A DNA stretch of 64,000 nt from an uncultured delta proteobacterium (GCA_963729715.1 CAVSPA010000010.1:1-64000), one strand, 5' to 3'. Shown: positions 1 to 10,909, counted from the first letter of the stretch. The notes: generated by a model from the sequence alone, not told the origin. Numbers and translations: made by a program.

Positions 1-2
1 AG

Positions 3-602
3 CTCCTCAGGGCCATTCAGGAGGGAGAAATTGATAGGTTGGGAGGAAGAGAAACGATTCCTATAGATGTTAGGATTATTGCGACAACAAACTCAGATTT
101 AAAAAAGGTCATTTCGGAAAAGAAGTTCAGGGAGGATCTTTTTTACAGACTGAATGTCATTCCCGTAAGTGTGCCGCCTCTCAGGAGCAGGGTGGGCGAT
201 ATTCCTCTACTGAATGAATATTTTCTGAAAAAATACAGTGAGCTTACGGGAAGAAAAAACCCTCTGCTGTCTGAGGCGTCGGCGGCGTTGTTAAAGAACT
301 ATGCGTGGCCCGGGAATGTCAGAGAGCTTGAGAACGTTATTGAGAGGGCTGTATTAATGGCCGATAAAGGCCCGATACGGCCCGAACATTTGTGCCTTGA
401 GGGAGGTGAGGGGGAACCATTGGAGACTTATTTGTCAAGTGTCCCCCTAAAGGGGTCAACCCTATGGGAGGTGGAGAAGAACCTCATTTTCGACACCCTC
501 AAAGAGGTCAATGGGAATAAGACGAAAGCTTCAAAAATTCTGGGCATAAGTGTTCGTACGATGCGCAATAAGCTTCACGAGTATAAAATGACGAATTTAT
601 GA
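3..602 (+). CDS. Sigma-54-dependent transcriptional activator (NtrC/FlgR/FleR-like), 5'-truncated by window edge
   Basis: Frame open from base 3 (LLRAIQEGEIDRLGG). AAA+ motifs REDLFYRLNV and WPGNVRELEN; Fis-type HTH GNKTKASKILGISVRTMRNKL. Directly upstream of the flagellar cluster. Confidence 0.92.
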   Translation, partial: LLRAIQEGEIDRLGGRETIPIDVRIIATTNSDLKKVISEKKFREDLFYRLNVIPVSVPPLRSRVGDIPLLNEYFLKKYSELTGRKNPLLSEASAALLKNYAWPGNVRELENVIERAVLMADKGPIRPEHLCLEGGEGEPLETYLSSVPLKGSTLWEVEKNLIFDTLKEVNGNKTKASKILGISVRTMRNKLHEYKMTNL

Positions 603-1147
603 TCATGGCAGTCAAAAAAATGCCCCTCCGGGGAATTTCAAAAAGTTATGCGTAATCGTACAAGATCTTTTTTCGGATACCGTCGTTGAAAGCAGATAAC
701 CCAGTCGGAATCGGTAGTGTCATAAAATGTGGCAATTGAAAAAATCTCTTCATCCATCATGGTGGATATCTCTTTGAAATTATTCAGAGGTCATTCTCTA
801 AGAGATGGGAAAAGTTTTCCTGGTTTCTGCAATGGCGTAGGTCATTCACCAGCTTCAGCGCTTTCCACAAGGCATTCGCCTCGATCAATGTATGGTGTCT
901 GATAACGTAAAAAGACCGGTAACATGGATTGCTGGAGACTTAATAGTCGGTTTAACCTATGATAACGGATGTGCCTACAGAGGCAAACTGAGCAGCGTCG
1001 CCTGATCCTGCGTAGCGTGACACAAAGTCAAGTAGGATATTTCTGCTCGCTACGAGATCGTCGTGTTTCCATAAAATAGAGAGCTCGAGGCGAGGTTTAA
1101 AACATATTCATTTCATTTCTTTAGAAATGCGCACTTTTGGGGCAGTT

Positions 1148-1164
1148 TTGGTATATCATTTGCA
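1148..1164 (+). promoter_or_regulatory. Sigma-54 (-24/-12) promoter of flgB operon
   Basis: TTGGTATATCATTTGCA = GG-N10-GC, about 60 nt before the flgB ATG. Confidence 0.8.
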
Positions 1165-1225
1165 CGTATAATCCGAAAATGCTTTTTTGTACATTTTTTC
1201 ACGGCGGGTAAAGGTTAGGAGGCTT

Positions 1226-1600
1226 ATGGGTTTTCAGTTTGATAAGACAATGAATCTTTTGTCATCAATGATGGATTTCCGGTCTCAGAGGCACCAGTTA
1301 ATTACTTCAAATATCGCAAATATCGATACGCCAGGATACACATCTAAGGATTTGCAGTTTAAAGGTATTATTGGGGAAGCTATGCAAAAAAAATTAGCAA
1401 CTACGGACAAGAAGCACTTTTCTGGACAGTTTGCAAATGCCGGTTCAATAGACTGTGAGGTTGTCGATTCCGGAGAGAGAGTAAATATCGATACGGAGAT
1501 GACGATTCTTGCAGAGAATCATCTTATGTATAATACGTCAGTTGAGCTGTTGTCCAGAAAGCTGAAAAGTATGAAAATCGTATTTAATGAGGTCAAATAA
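1226..1600 (+). CDS. flgB: Flagellar basal-body rod protein FlgB
   Basis: RHQLITSNIANIDTPGY motif; start moved to ATG 1226 after SD AGGAGG. Confidence 0.95.
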   Translation: MGFQFDKTMNLLSSMMDFRSQRHQLITSNIANIDTPGYTSKDLQFKGIIGEAMQKKLATTDKKHFSGQFANAGSIDCEVVDSGERVNIDTEMTILAENHLMYNTSVELLSRKLKSMKIVFNEVK

Positions 1601-1601
1601 C

Positions 1602-2033
1602 ATGGATTTTCTTACACCCTTTAAAATATGTGGAGACGGACTTGCCGCCCAGCGGGCGAAGATGGACGTCATTATAAGCAATATTGCTAATATTCATACA
1701 ACCAGAACGCCGGAAGGCGGGCCGTATATGAGACAGGTTGTTGTTTTTTCATCTGAAAATGTCAACGGCAATTTTGACTCTCAGCTCAAAGATGCCGTAA
1801 AAACGGTAAAAGTCGACGGTGTTCAGGCGGCTCAAGATGCTGAGGCCATTAAGATGATGCATAATCCCGGCCATCCTGATGCTGATGCAAAGGGCTTTGT
1901 GGCCATGCCGAATATAAATATGGTCACGGAAATGGTAGATATGATGCAGGCTAACAGGGCGTATGAGGCATGTGTTACAGCTTTCGATACATCGAAGAAT
2001 ATGGCACTTAAGACATTGGAAATGGGGAAGTAG
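1602..2033 (+). CDS. flgC: Flagellar basal-body rod protein FlgC
   Basis: NIANIHTTRTPEGGPY, PGHPDAD, MPNINMVTEMVDM..ANRAYEA. Confidence 0.96.
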   Translation: MDFLTPFKICGDGLAAQRAKMDVIISNIANIHTTRTPEGGPYMRQVVVFSSENVNGNFDSQLKDAVKTVKVDGVQAAQDAEAIKMMHNPGHPDADAKGFVAMPNINMVTEMVDMMQANRAYEACVTAFDTSKNMALKTLEMGK

Positions 2034-2087
2034 TAAGCAAGTAAGAAACGGGAATAACACCCCGGAGGGGTGGGAGGTAATCTAACA

Positions 2088-2390
2088 ATGAGCGACATAT
2101 CAATCAGGGGCGATGCACTTCAGCCTTCAACAACTGCCGGTAAATTAAGAGATGGTGGTCAAGGGGGCAAGACAGAATTCATCACGATTCTTAAGGACAA
2201 GGTGAATGAGATAAACCAGCTTCAGTTGGATGCTGACCAAGCTATTACAAAGGTCGAAATGGGAAATTCAGGTAGCATCCATGACGCAGTCATTGCCCTG
2301 GAAAAGGCGGATCTCTCGTTCAGAAAAATGATACAGGTGCGAAATAAGATTTTAGAGGCCTATCAGGAAGTCATGAGAATGCAAGTATAA
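2088..2390 (+). CDS. fliE: Hook-basal body protein FliE
   Basis: C-terminal IALEKADLSFRKMIQVRNKILEAYQEVMRMQV; SD GGAGG before ATG 2088. Confidence 0.95.
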   Translation: MSDISIRGDALQPSTTAGKLRDGGQGGKTEFITILKDKVNEINQLQLDADQAITKVEMGNSGSIHDAVIALEKADLSFRKMIQVRNKILEAYQEVMRMQV

Positions 2391-2407
2391 TCTATCATTA
2401 AATTATT

Positions 2408-4015
2408 GTGGTAAATACTATGAATCCTATCGCTCAATTTCCTACCCAGATCTGGAAAGGCTTCAATACATTAGAACCTTCAAAAAAGATATCGCTTCTC
2501 CTCGTTGCTGCGGTCGCTTTTATAGGGATTGGAACTATGGTCTACTGGACCAGCATGCCGGAGTATCGCGTACTATTTTCAAATCTTAATTCTGAAGACG
2601 CAGGAAATATTGTTGCAAGACTGCAGGAAAAAAAGGTTCCCTATAAGATGTCCGCTGCAGGTGATTCCGTCCTTGTGCCCTCTGAGAAGATCTCTGAAAT
2701 GAGATTGGAGTTGGCATCCTTTGGACTGCCTCAGGGCGGCGGGGTCGGCTTTGAGATTTTTGACAATAAACCTCTTGGGGCAACAGAATTTGTACAGCAG
2801 TTGAACTACCAGAGGGCTCTTCAAGGGGAGCTCTCCCGCACCATAAATGGATTAGACGAGATACAGCAAAGCAGGGTGCACTTGGTCATACCGAAAAAAT
2901 CTCTTTTCGTAGAGGACCAGAAAAAACCGACTGCTTCCGTGATTATTAAATTGAAGTCGGGAAGAACCTTGCGCCCGCCGCAGATAGAGGGCATTGTTCA
3001 CCTTGTGGCAAGCAGCGTGGAAGGGATGAATCCCTCTGATGTGATGGTCGTTGATAACAGCGGGAAGGTGCTCTCTGTGATACAAGATGAATCAAAGCTG
3101 GCGAGGATGTCGAATTCTCAGGTTGAGTATCAGAGAAATGTCGAGAAAGATTTAACCGGCAGAGTGCAGTCGATGCTGGAGAAGGTGGTAGGCGAAGGAA
3201 GAGCGGTGGTCAGAGTTTCTGCTGATCTTGATTTCCGTATGACGGAAAAAACAGAGGAGAAATATGATCCCGAAGAACCTGTGGTGAGAAGCACCCAGCG
3301 CCAGTCACAAAAGTCAAGTTCTACCGCTGCAACGGCGGGCGGGCAGTCAACAATTGCTCCTGTTGGTGGAAAGCAAGCTGGTCCGACGGCAGCGAAACAG
3401 GGTACTGGCAGTGAGCGCTTGGATGAAATTGTAAACTATGAAATTAACAAGGTTGTCAGCAAGACGGTGATGCCCACAGGGGACATAAAGAAACTGTCCG
3501 TAGCTGTATTGATAGACGGGCCATATGTGAAAAATGATAAAGGGGTCGAGGAGTTCCAACCACGGTCAAAGAAGGAACTAACAGATCTGGAGGAACTGGT
3601 GAAGAAGGCGGCAGGCTTTGATGCAAAAAGGGGTGACCAGGTTGTCATCACCAACATTCCCTTTAACAAGGGTGAGTTCGAAGCTGGAGCGGCCGGCAAA
3701 GAGACATGGCAGGAAAAGATTACGATATTTTATCCCGTAGTATATCCTATAATGAAGTACATTGTAATGATTATAGGTATTTTTCTGGCGATCATAGCTA
3801 TACGGCCGCTCATCACCATGTTAATGGCGCGAGGAAAGATGCTGGATTATGCTACCAAGGAAGTTGCCGCACCGACTGTGGGTGAACTGGAAGGGCCTGC
3901 GGGTTCACTGGCACTGGGAGAAAAAGCAATAGGGACAGAGACTGATCTTGTAAGGCAGATGGCCAGTGCAGATGCCAGGCGTTTTGCTGAATTGTTGAGG
4001 ATTTGGTTACGGTAG
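2408..4015 (+). CDS. fliF: Flagellar M-ring protein FliF
   Basis: GFEIFD, YQRALQGELSRTI, SRVHLVIP; two TM segments; start may be ATG 2420. Confidence 0.96.
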   Translation: MVNTMNPIAQFPTQIWKGFNTLEPSKKISLLLVAAVAFIGIGTMVYWTSMPEYRVLFSNLNSEDAGNIVARLQEKKVPYKMSAAGDSVLVPSEKISEMRLELASFGLPQGGGVGFEIFDNKPLGATEFVQQLNYQRALQGELSRTINGLDEIQQSRVHLVIPKKSLFVEDQKKPTASVIIKLKSGRTLRPPQIEGIVHLVASSVEGMNPSDVMVVDNSGKVLSVIQDESKLARMSNSQVEYQRNVEKDLTGRVQSMLEKVVGEGRAVVRVSADLDFRMTEKTEEKYDPEEPVVRSTQRQSQKSSSTAATAGGQSTIAPVGGKQAGPTAAKQGTGSERLDEIVNYEINKVVSKTVMPTGDIKKLSVAVLIDGPYVKNDKGVEEFQPRSKKELTDLEELVKKAAGFDAKRGDQVVITNIPFNKGEFEAGAAGKETWQEKITIFYPVVYPIMKYIVMIIGIFLAIIAIRPLITMLMARGKMLDYATKEVAAPTVGELEGPAGSLALGEKAIGTETDLVRQMASADARRFAELLRIWLR

Positions 4016-4037
4016 AGTAAATGGATCACGAGACATT

Positions 4038-5042
4038 ATGAATGATGAAAAAGTAGCAATATTACTGTTATCCTTGGACGAGGAAGTGGCCGCAAGGGTA
4101 ATGAAAAATTTTAGCTCTGCGGAGATTGAACGCATTGGCAAGCATATGAGCCGGCTCGATAGTGTGTCCATGGATGAGGTTAGTAATGTAGCCAAAGAGT
4201 TCTGCAGCTTGGCAAGGCAGAGGGGGGGGGTTCTGCCGGTCCACGGTGATACTTTACGAAATCTTATCGTTAAGGCTGCGGGAGCAGATATGGCTCACGA
4301 TATTTTGGTCAATATTGAAAGGACGGCGCCAAATAGCGAATCTTATAATAATCCTTTGATCCGAAAGCTGCAGGATATAGATCCCCAGATACTGATAGAT
4401 TTTACAAAAACTGAACATCCCCAGACGGTTGCCCTGATCCTCTCTTATATGGGAACTGAGCAGGCGGCAAACGTCCTGGAAGGCCTTTCGCCTGAGTTCA
4501 CGAGCGACATCATAAAAAGGATGGCTACCTTAAAAAGCGTTCCGCCTGAGTTCATAGCGGATATTGCGAGAACCCTTGAAAAAGAGATAATCGTCGGTGG
4601 CGTAAGCAATCTTCAGCCCGGAGGCATTACCCTTGTGGCCGACATTATGAACAAGATGAACCGGAGTACCGAGAACGCCATTATGAAATCGCTTGATGAT
4701 AATGTTCCGGAAATTGCGGCGGAGATACGCAAGAAGATGTTTACATTCGAAGACATTCTCAAACTGGATGATAGGAGTATTCAGGAGTTATTGAGGGAAG
4801 TATCCACGGAGGATCTAGGGCGCGCACTTAAGGTTGTAGATGAAGAGATGCGTGGTGTTATCTTCAAGAATATGTCCAAGCGCGGTGCGGAAATGCTGAA
4901 AGAAGATATAGAGATGATGCCTCCCACAAGGCTGTCGGAAATAGAAAAGAGCCAGAGAATCATTATCGATGCGACAAAGAAATTAGAAGGAGAAGGCAAG
5001 ATTGTCATTATCCGCGGCGAGGGGGGTGACCAATTTGTCTGA
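4038..5042 (+). CDS. fliG: Flagellar motor switch protein FliG
   Basis: EHPQTVALIL, MFTFED, NMSKR motifs. Confidence 0.96.
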   Translation: MNDEKVAILLLSLDEEVAARVMKNFSSAEIERIGKHMSRLDSVSMDEVSNVAKEFCSLARQRGGVLPVHGDTLRNLIVKAAGADMAHDILVNIERTAPNSESYNNPLIRKLQDIDPQILIDFTKTEHPQTVALILSYMGTEQAANVLEGLSPEFTSDIIKRMATLKSVPPEFIADIARTLEKEIIVGGVSNLQPGGITLVADIMNKMNRSTENAIMKSLDDNVPEIAAEIRKKMFTFEDILKLDDRSIQELLREVSTEDLGRALKVVDEEMRGVIFKNMSKRGAEMLKEDIEMMPPTRLSEIEKSQRIIIDATKKLEGEGKIVIIRGEGGDQFV

Positions 5043-5709
5043 TAAGGTCATCAAATCTGAAAACATCGATCTGGTGAGTTCTGCTCTTGGCAAAAAAAGA
5101 GAATTCGTAAGATTCTATTCTAAGGGGAAGGGGGATGTCGGTATAGGTGGTGGTAAGAAGGGGAGAGCCGGGAACAATTCAATTCAGGGCGAACTTGCAG
5201 CGAAGAGTGAGAATGCCGAGAAAGAAATCTATGCCAAAGGATTTTCTGAAGGTCTAAGAGCAGGTGCTGAGGGTGAGAGAAAGAGGTTGTCTGAGGCCAT
5301 GGAGGCCCTTGCAAATTCTATGAGGGAACTGGATAGATTAAAGAATGTATGCCTGGAAGGACATGAAGAAAAGATTTTGGACCTCGTCTTTTCTGTGGCG
5401 GAAAAGGTCATAAACTGCGAGATTACCACAAACAGGGACGTAGTCCACGGTGTTTTGAAGAGTGCTATAAAGCAGGTGCTCGATAAGGATGGGATAACTA
5501 TCAGGCTGAACCCCGAAGATTACCGATATATGATGGAGATAAATCCAGGAATAATTGATGGTTTCGATGAAATAAGGAATATGTCTATCATTGAGGACAG
5601 CAGCATCAGGCGAGGCGGGGTTCTTATAGATACATCGTCTGGTGAAGTAGACGCGAGATTGGATCAACAACTTCATGAGGTCAGGAAGGCCATGTCCGGC
5701 AAAAGATGA
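5035..5709 (+). CDS. fliH: Flagellar assembly protein FliH
   Basis: AKGFSEGLRAG GxxxG repeats; LNPED; RGGVLIDTSSGEVDARL. Start likely TTG 5035, overlapping the fliG stop. Confidence 0.9.
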   Translation: MSDKVIKSENIDLVSSALGKKREFVRFYSKGKGDVGIGGGKKGRAGNNSIQGELAAKSENAEKEIYAKGFSEGLRAGAEGERKRLSEAMEALANSMRELDRLKNVCLEGHEEKILDLVFSVAEKVINCEITTNRDVVHGVLKSAIKQVLDKDGITIRLNPEDYRYMMEINPGIIDGFDEIRNMSIIEDSSIRRGGVLIDTSSGEVDARLDQQLHEVRKAMSGKR

Positions 5710-7067
5710 GGGCAGAGCGAGAGGCACAAAGGATGAATCAGGCAACAGTCGGCATAGTATTTGATTACGATAGATATCACAGGTTAGTTACACAGGCGAA
5801 CCCTATCAAGGTTTACGGTAAGGTAAGCCAGGTGATTGGTCTAGTGGTGGAAGGCCGTGGTCCCTGTACTTCAATGGGAGAAATGTGTGAGATTTTTTCG
5901 GACGGCGACGGTGATCCGCTCAGTGCCGAGGTCGTAGGTTTCAAGACGGGCAAAGTTCTCATGATGCCTCTTGAGGGTATCCGCGGAGTGGGACCGGGCT
6001 GCAAGATTGTATCACTCGGGAAGAAGGCGGATGTCAGAGTGGGGAGAGGTCTTCTGGGGCGAGTGATCGACGGCATGGGGAATCCTATTGACGGAAAGGG
6101 GCAGATAGAATTTCAAACAGAATACCCCATTTATTTCAGTCCCATCAATCCGCTGTGGAGGAAGAGAATTACAGAGGTTATGGATCTCGGTATAAGGTCT
6201 ATAAATAGTCTGCTCTCCTGCGGGAAAGGGCAGAAGATGGGTATTTTCTCCGGGTCGGGTGTTGGTAAAAGCGTTCTTTTGGGGATGATGGCCAAGAACA
6301 CCAAGGCAGATGTAAATGTCATAGGCCTGATCGGTGAGAGAGGACGGGAAGTGCGGGAGTTCCTCGAGAAGAATCTCGGTAAAGAAGGTCTTGACAGATC
6401 GGTCGTTGTTGTCGCTACATCAGACACGCACCCCATCATAAGGATGAGGGCCGCTTATGTAGCCACATCTATTGCAGAGTATTTTCGAGACCAGGGCAGT
6501 GACGTGCTCCTTATGGTTGATTCTCTGACAAGATTTGCTATGGCCCAGCGGGAAGTCGGTCTTTCCATCGGCGAGCCGCCGACAACTAAAGGGTATACCC
6601 CCTCGGTTTTCAGTCTTATGCCGAAGCTTCTTGAAAGGGTGGGTGCCGTAGAAGGAAAGGGGAGCATAACGGGTCTTTACGCAATCCTGGTTGAGGGCAA
6701 TGACTTTGATGAGCCAATAACGGATGCGGCAAGATCGATTCTGGACGGTCACATTGTACTGTCCCGCAGCCTGGCGGCGAAGAATCATTACCCGGCGGTG
6801 GACGTTCTAAACAGTATCAGTAGGGTCATGATTGATATTGTGGATAAGGAACACAAGGTGAAAGCCAATCACATCCTGAATATCCTCGCAACATACAGTA
6901 AAGCGGAAGACCTCATAAATATTGGGGCTTATGTTAAGGGCAGCAACCCCGAAGTGGATTATGCGATGGAGATGATTGGCAGGGTAAATGCATTCCTGTT
7001 GCAGGCCATTGATGAAAGAGTAGGTTTTGAGGAAAGCAGAAGGGATATGTTTGCCCTGTTTGCATAG
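5706..7067 (+). CDS. fliI: Flagellar export ATPase FliI
   Basis: Walker A GSGVGKS, LIGERGREV, DSLTRFAMAQRE, LDGHIVLSR. Confidence 0.97.
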   Translation: MRAEREAQRMNQATVGIVFDYDRYHRLVTQANPIKVYGKVSQVIGLVVEGRGPCTSMGEMCEIFSDGDGDPLSAEVVGFKTGKVLMMPLEGIRGVGPGCKIVSLGKKADVRVGRGLLGRVIDGMGNPIDGKGQIEFQTEYPIYFSPINPLWRKRITEVMDLGIRSINSLLSCGKGQKMGIFSGSGVGKSVLLGMMAKNTKADVNVIGLIGERGREVREFLEKNLGKEGLDRSVVVVATSDTHPIIRMRAAYVATSIAEYFRDQGSDVLLMVDSLTRFAMAQREVGLSIGEPPTTKGYTPSVFSLMPKLLERVGAVEGKGSITGLYAILVEGNDFDEPITDAARSILDGHIVLSRSLAAKNHYPAVDVLNSISRVMIDIVDKEHKVKANHILNILATYSKAEDLINIGAYVKGSNPEVDYAMEMIGRVNAFLLQAIDERVGFEESRRDMFALFA

Positions 7068-7078
7068 GTTCGGGCAGT

Positions 7079-7522
7079 ATGTTTCAATTTGATCTGGAGG
7101 CGGTATTACAATACAGGGTACGAATAGAGGAGCAGTGTCAGCTCGCACTGGCCGAAGCAGCAAAACGTCTGCAGGATGCTATGGATGTCTTGGAAGGTTT
7201 GCAAAAGGAAAAAAATGATCTAATCCGGCAATTGGCAAAAATACAGGAAAAAGCCTTGACTTCAGATGTCATAGAGCGGCACTTCACCTTCATAGAATAT
7301 CTAAAGTCCAAAGAAGAAAAGCAGGAAGCTATTATCATAAACATGAGGGAGGAAGTGAGTTCTAAGAGGGGGGACCTTCTGGAAGCTGCTAAGAAAAGGA
7401 AAACGATGGAGGTTCTCCGGGAGAAGAAAATGGCGACATATGTTTCTGAAATGGCAGCTAAGGAACGTAAAGAACTGGATGATTTTGCAGTAATCAAATT
7501 TGGCAATGGTATGAGAAAATGA
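7079..7522 (+). CDS. fliJ: Flagellar export protein FliJ
   Basis: FQFDLEAVLQYR N-terminus, coiled coil, ERKELDD end; follows fliI. Confidence 0.9.
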   Translation: MFQFDLEAVLQYRVRIEEQCQLALAEAAKRLQDAMDVLEGLQKEKNDLIRQLAKIQEKALTSDVIERHFTFIEYLKSKEEKQEAIIINMREEVSSKRGDLLEAAKKRKTMEVLREKKMATYVSEMAAKERKELDDFAVIKFGNGMRK

Positions 7523-8100
7523 AAAAGATAATTATCACTGTTGAAATTCTCATTGTATTTCTGTTTATCATAAAAATTCTTGCCATAGGAGAAATTGTGA
7601 AGAGATCGGAAATTTCCGACTATCTGTTATGGTCGGTCAAGTCTGCACTCGCTGATTCATCTTTGCAAACAGGTGTTGACACTCCATCAAAAGACGTTTC
7701 TGTAGATACATTGGCTTCAGAAAGAAGCCTCATGTCCACCTTGGCGGATAGACAGAGGCAGTTAGAAAATAGGGAAAATCTTATAAAACTTGAGGAAAAG
7801 AAGATCAGTTTACTGAGGAACGAGATTGTAGCAAGAATAGAGACGATCCGGGGTCGGGAAGAGAAAATGACCTCTACCCAGGAATCTGCTAGGTCTGAGG
7901 ATAATACAAGATTCAAAGAATTGGCCAAGGCGTATGAAGCGACTCCTCCCGATAAGGTCGGTGCTCTATTAAACAAGATGGATAGCAAAACGGCAGCGGG
8001 GATTATCATGCAGATGAAAGTAAAGAAAGCCGGTGCGGTCTGGGGACAACTAAGTCCGGAGAAGGCTGTAGAAATCACTAAAGCTATCGCCAGTATATAA
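7519..8100 (+). CDS. MotE/FlbB-like (MgtE_N-like) membrane-anchored flagellar protein
   Basis: N-terminal TM, coiled coil, helical repeats LAKAYEATPPDKVGALLNKMD..MKVKKAGAVW; typical position after fliJ. Confidence 0.75.
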   Translation: MKKIIITVEILIVFLFIIKILAIGEIVKRSEISDYLLWSVKSALADSSLQTGVDTPSKDVSVDTLASERSLMSTLADRQRQLENRENLIKLEEKKISLLRNEIVARIETIRGREEKMTSTQESARSEDNTRFKELAKAYEATPPDKVGALLNKMDSKTAAGIIMQMKVKKAGAVWGQLSPEKAVEITKAIASI

Positions 8101-8379
8101 TGCCTTCCAGCATTCTTTCCTAATCATAACAAATCAACTGCACTTCAGCTTTTGATTGCGCCTCATTTGGCTTCTGTAGAGAAAATCAGCCCCTATTTCT
8201 CTTGCAGGCTGTGCTATGTGATGCCGGCTCGGCGCGCGGAAAGACCATCGCCCTATCATGCTTTAGGCCACTTCTTAAGGCTCCTACCCTGAAAAGAGTA
8301 TTCTTGAAAAGAACAAGCTACATTCTGCCTGGCAGCTTATTCCGCGCAAGGGGGGACTTGCAACACGTAATCCCGTCCG

Positions 8380-8405
8380 GGCTGTGAAATGCTCACAGCT
8401 TTTTT
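8380..8405 (+). terminator. Putative Rho-independent terminator
   Basis: GGCTGTGA-AATGC-TCACAGCT hairpin followed by a T run. Confidence 0.55.
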
Positions 8406-8535
8406 CATGGATATGTAGGTATTTTTGGTCGATGGCCGGCGATAGGGTGGGCAATATTTGCCTTCTCTGAAACTCTATCAGTTTTATATCTCTATAACAT
8501 ATTAAAGTTGTTCATTATTTAATCAGTATATGCCG

Positions 8536-8551
8536 TGGCATGTCTCTTGCT
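8536..8551 (+). promoter_or_regulatory. Sigma-54 promoter of fliK-flgD-flgE
   Basis: TGGCATGTCTCTTGCT (GG-N10-GC). It lies inside the called ORF start 8530, so the real start is downstream. Confidence 0.85.
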
Positions 8552-8583
8552 CAAACCCTCTTAAAAAAATGCCAGAGGATAAA

Positions 8584-10125
8584 ATGGATTCTTCAATACC
8601 CCAGGTGACATTGAAAGGAAGCACGAACGATCAGTCCGCTGGTCAGGGCCTATCCTCTGTCAAAAAAAGGGCAAAGGGAAATGATAGCCCAGCAGGCCTT
8701 GTCAACCTAATCGGAGGGCCAGGTTCATTTGCAAGTTTACTAAGTAAGAAAGGCGATGGCGAGAAAGAAGGTGCCGTAGGTCAGCAGGCTGAAACAGTCG
8801 CTGGAAATGATGAGGTCGGGAAGGCTTCAATTGGCAGTATTGACAGTAGCCGAGAGTTTTTCTTACTCAATAGAGCAATGGGACATGCAGGAACAGAGGC
8901 TATTGCACTGGGAGTAGAGATATCATCTGAGAAGGATGCTAAGACTTCTTCCGGAATTCCGACAACAGGTGATATTGCAGAGGTGAAGACGAGAGAAAAA
9001 TGGAATCCCGAAATCTCAGGGAAAACCCAAACCCTCAAGGGCGACGAGATTACGGGTGAAGAGGGTACTGTAAATCTGCTTAAGGGATCATATGCTCAAG
9101 AAGGAGGGGTTTTACACAGCGGATCAGTTTCAGAATTGGGGAAGAGAATATCATTGAAGCCGGGAATGGGTGGACTTAGCAGTGCAGAAAAAGCGACTTC
9201 AGGGGAGGCAAAGCTCTTGGATGGTGAAGCAAGCAGTGAGTCAGCAGCATTATCAAAAGATGCCTTGAAGGTTAACAATCTTTCAGGGAAGAACGCAGCC
9301 GATAGAGCGAAAGGCTTTTCCGGTGATGAAACGGAAGATCAGAAATACAGGCATGACCTAGACCCGTCGAAGGGATCAGGTGCCGAAGGATCAAGTAACA
9401 GCAAAGTTTTGCCGGATCCCAAGGGAAGCGAGTACTCTGCCGATGTTGCGAAGGACAATTCGACTTCCATCCATCAGATACAGATAGAAGGTCAGAAAAT
9501 AGAGAATTATAAGAATCTTTCCACGGCGGGTCTTAAATCAGAAAAATCTCTAGAGAACGCAGCCAATGACATACAGACAGGTAAGAACGGCTCGTCACTG
9601 TCAACAACACAGACTGATTTTTCCATGGTGAGTGGTGTTTGGAACGATGTAGGGACAGGCGTGAACGATAAAAGCGTTGCTCCTGTCGTTTTCCAGGAAG
9701 TTGCAGGTCAAATCGTCGACGGCGCCTCGAATATGCTGATGAAAGATTCCAGCAGGATCGTCATTACCTTGGAGCCGCCTAACCTCGGCACAGTGAACAT
9801 GGATGTCAGCGTTCAGCATGATACGGTCAGGGTGTCGCTTGTTGCAGATAATTATGAGGTTAAGCAGGTTTTGAATTCTAATCTCGACCAATTGAAAACT
9901 GCACTGCAAAGCCAGGGATTAAACATTGACCGCTTGGATGTACTTATCCATGATAGATCATATAATGGCAATCAAGGGTTTCAGACGGGTGGCGGTACCC
10001 TATTTGATGATGGGCGGGGAGGAAGTAACAATACGAAAGAGGAACGTCCTGCCCTTCAAATATTACAATCAAGCCGGAATGAATTGGATGAACCCTCTTC
10101 TGGTATTATCAGTTTATTTGTATAA
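8584..10125 (+). CDS. fliK: Flagellar hook-length control protein FliK
   Basis: Long low-complexity N-terminus; C-terminal ITLEPPNLGTVNMDV..LKTALQSQGL (T3S4 domain); precedes flgD. Confidence 0.9.
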   Translation: MDSSIPQVTLKGSTNDQSAGQGLSSVKKRAKGNDSPAGLVNLIGGPGSFASLLSKKGDGEKEGAVGQQAETVAGNDEVGKASIGSIDSSREFFLLNRAMGHAGTEAIALGVEISSEKDAKTSSGIPTTGDIAEVKTREKWNPEISGKTQTLKGDEITGEEGTVNLLKGSYAQEGGVLHSGSVSELGKRISLKPGMGGLSSAEKATSGEAKLLDGEASSESAALSKDALKVNNLSGKNAADRAKGFSGDETEDQKYRHDLDPSKGSGAEGSSNSKVLPDPKGSEYSADVAKDNSTSIHQIQIEGQKIENYKNLSTAGLKSEKSLENAANDIQTGKNGSSLSTTQTDFSMVSGVWNDVGTGVNDKSVAPVVFQEVAGQIVDGASNMLMKDSSRIVITLEPPNLGTVNMDVSVQHDTVRVSLVADNYEVKQVLNSNLDQLKTALQSQGLNIDRLDVLIHDRSYNGNQGFQTGGGTLFDDGRGGSNNTKEERPALQILQSSRNELDEPSSGIISLFV

Positions 10126-10146
10126 CTAATAAATAAAGTAAATGAG

Positions 10147-10806
10147 GTGAACAGTATGAGTACTTCTACAGTATCAGGTGTTAGCAGCGGGACCACGGTT
10201 GCCAGCACGGCAAGCAATCAAGTGTTGACGCAGGATGATTTCCTCCAAATGCTGATTGCCCAGCTTCAAAATCAGGACCCTCTCAATCCTATGTCAGGAA
10301 CGGATTTTGCTGCCCAACTCGCCCAGTTTTCGAGTCTTGATCAATTAACGAATATAAATACGCAGCTGAGTTCTCTGGCCTCCACCCTTTCATCTACGAA
10401 CAGCAGTCAGGTGGTTAGCCTTATCGGAGATGAAGTTGTTGCGAATGGAAGCGCTATCACGGTTAGCGGATCCTCAACAACACTTGCCTATAATTTATCG
10501 CAGAATGCCCAGCAAGGAACTATCAAAATTTATGACAGTAACGGAAATCTGGTAAACACCCTCACATTTGGTCAGCAACAATCAGGTAACAACACAACAA
10601 CCTGGGACACCTCGAATATGACGTCGGGCACATATACATTCACTGTATCTGCTTTGGACAGCAGCGGGAAAGCAGTGACCGCAACCACGCTGACGACCGG
10701 TACTGTGACAGGAGTTACATACCAAAACAGTGTCCCATATCTTTCAGTGAACGGACAGAATATCCCTTTAACGGCTGTACAGTATATCACGACATCAGGG
10801 GATTGA
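10147..10806 (+). CDS. flgD: Flagellar hook capping protein FlgD
   Basis: [29 protein letters not shown]. Confidence 0.95.
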   Translation: MNSMSTSTVSGVSSGTTVASTASNQVLTQDDFLQMLIAQLQNQDPLNPMSGTDFAAQLAQFSSLDQLTNINTQLSSLASTLSSTNSSQVVSLIGDEVVANGSAITVSGSSTTLAYNLSQNAQQGTIKIYDSNGNLVNTLTFGQQQSGNNTTTWDTSNMTSGTYTFTVSALDSSGKAVTATTLTTGTVTGVTYQNSVPYLSVNGQNIPLTAVQYITTSGD

Positions 10807-10909
10807 AGTCATAGATTATGGGTTTCAGTGATTGTAGGCTATTCAAAGCATGCAAATACACATTAAATACATAAATATTGAGTAAACAAAGTATCAGGAG
10901 GTAATTAAC

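Noticed and set aside
975..1070. Possible c-di-GMP-I (GEMM) riboswitch: GGCAAAC...GACACAAAG...GTTTCC upstream of flgB
   Set aside because: No GNRA-capped P2 stem, no tetraloop receptor and poor P3 pairing. It also lies upstream of the sigma-54 promoter, outside the flgB leader. A cmscan hit would be needed to revive it.
8202..8387. 61-aa ORF in the motE-like/fliK spacer, and similar short intergenic ORFs (26148-26357, 59425-59607, 61734-61997)
   Set aside because: No SD or domain similarity. They overlap terminators, promoters or IS ends.
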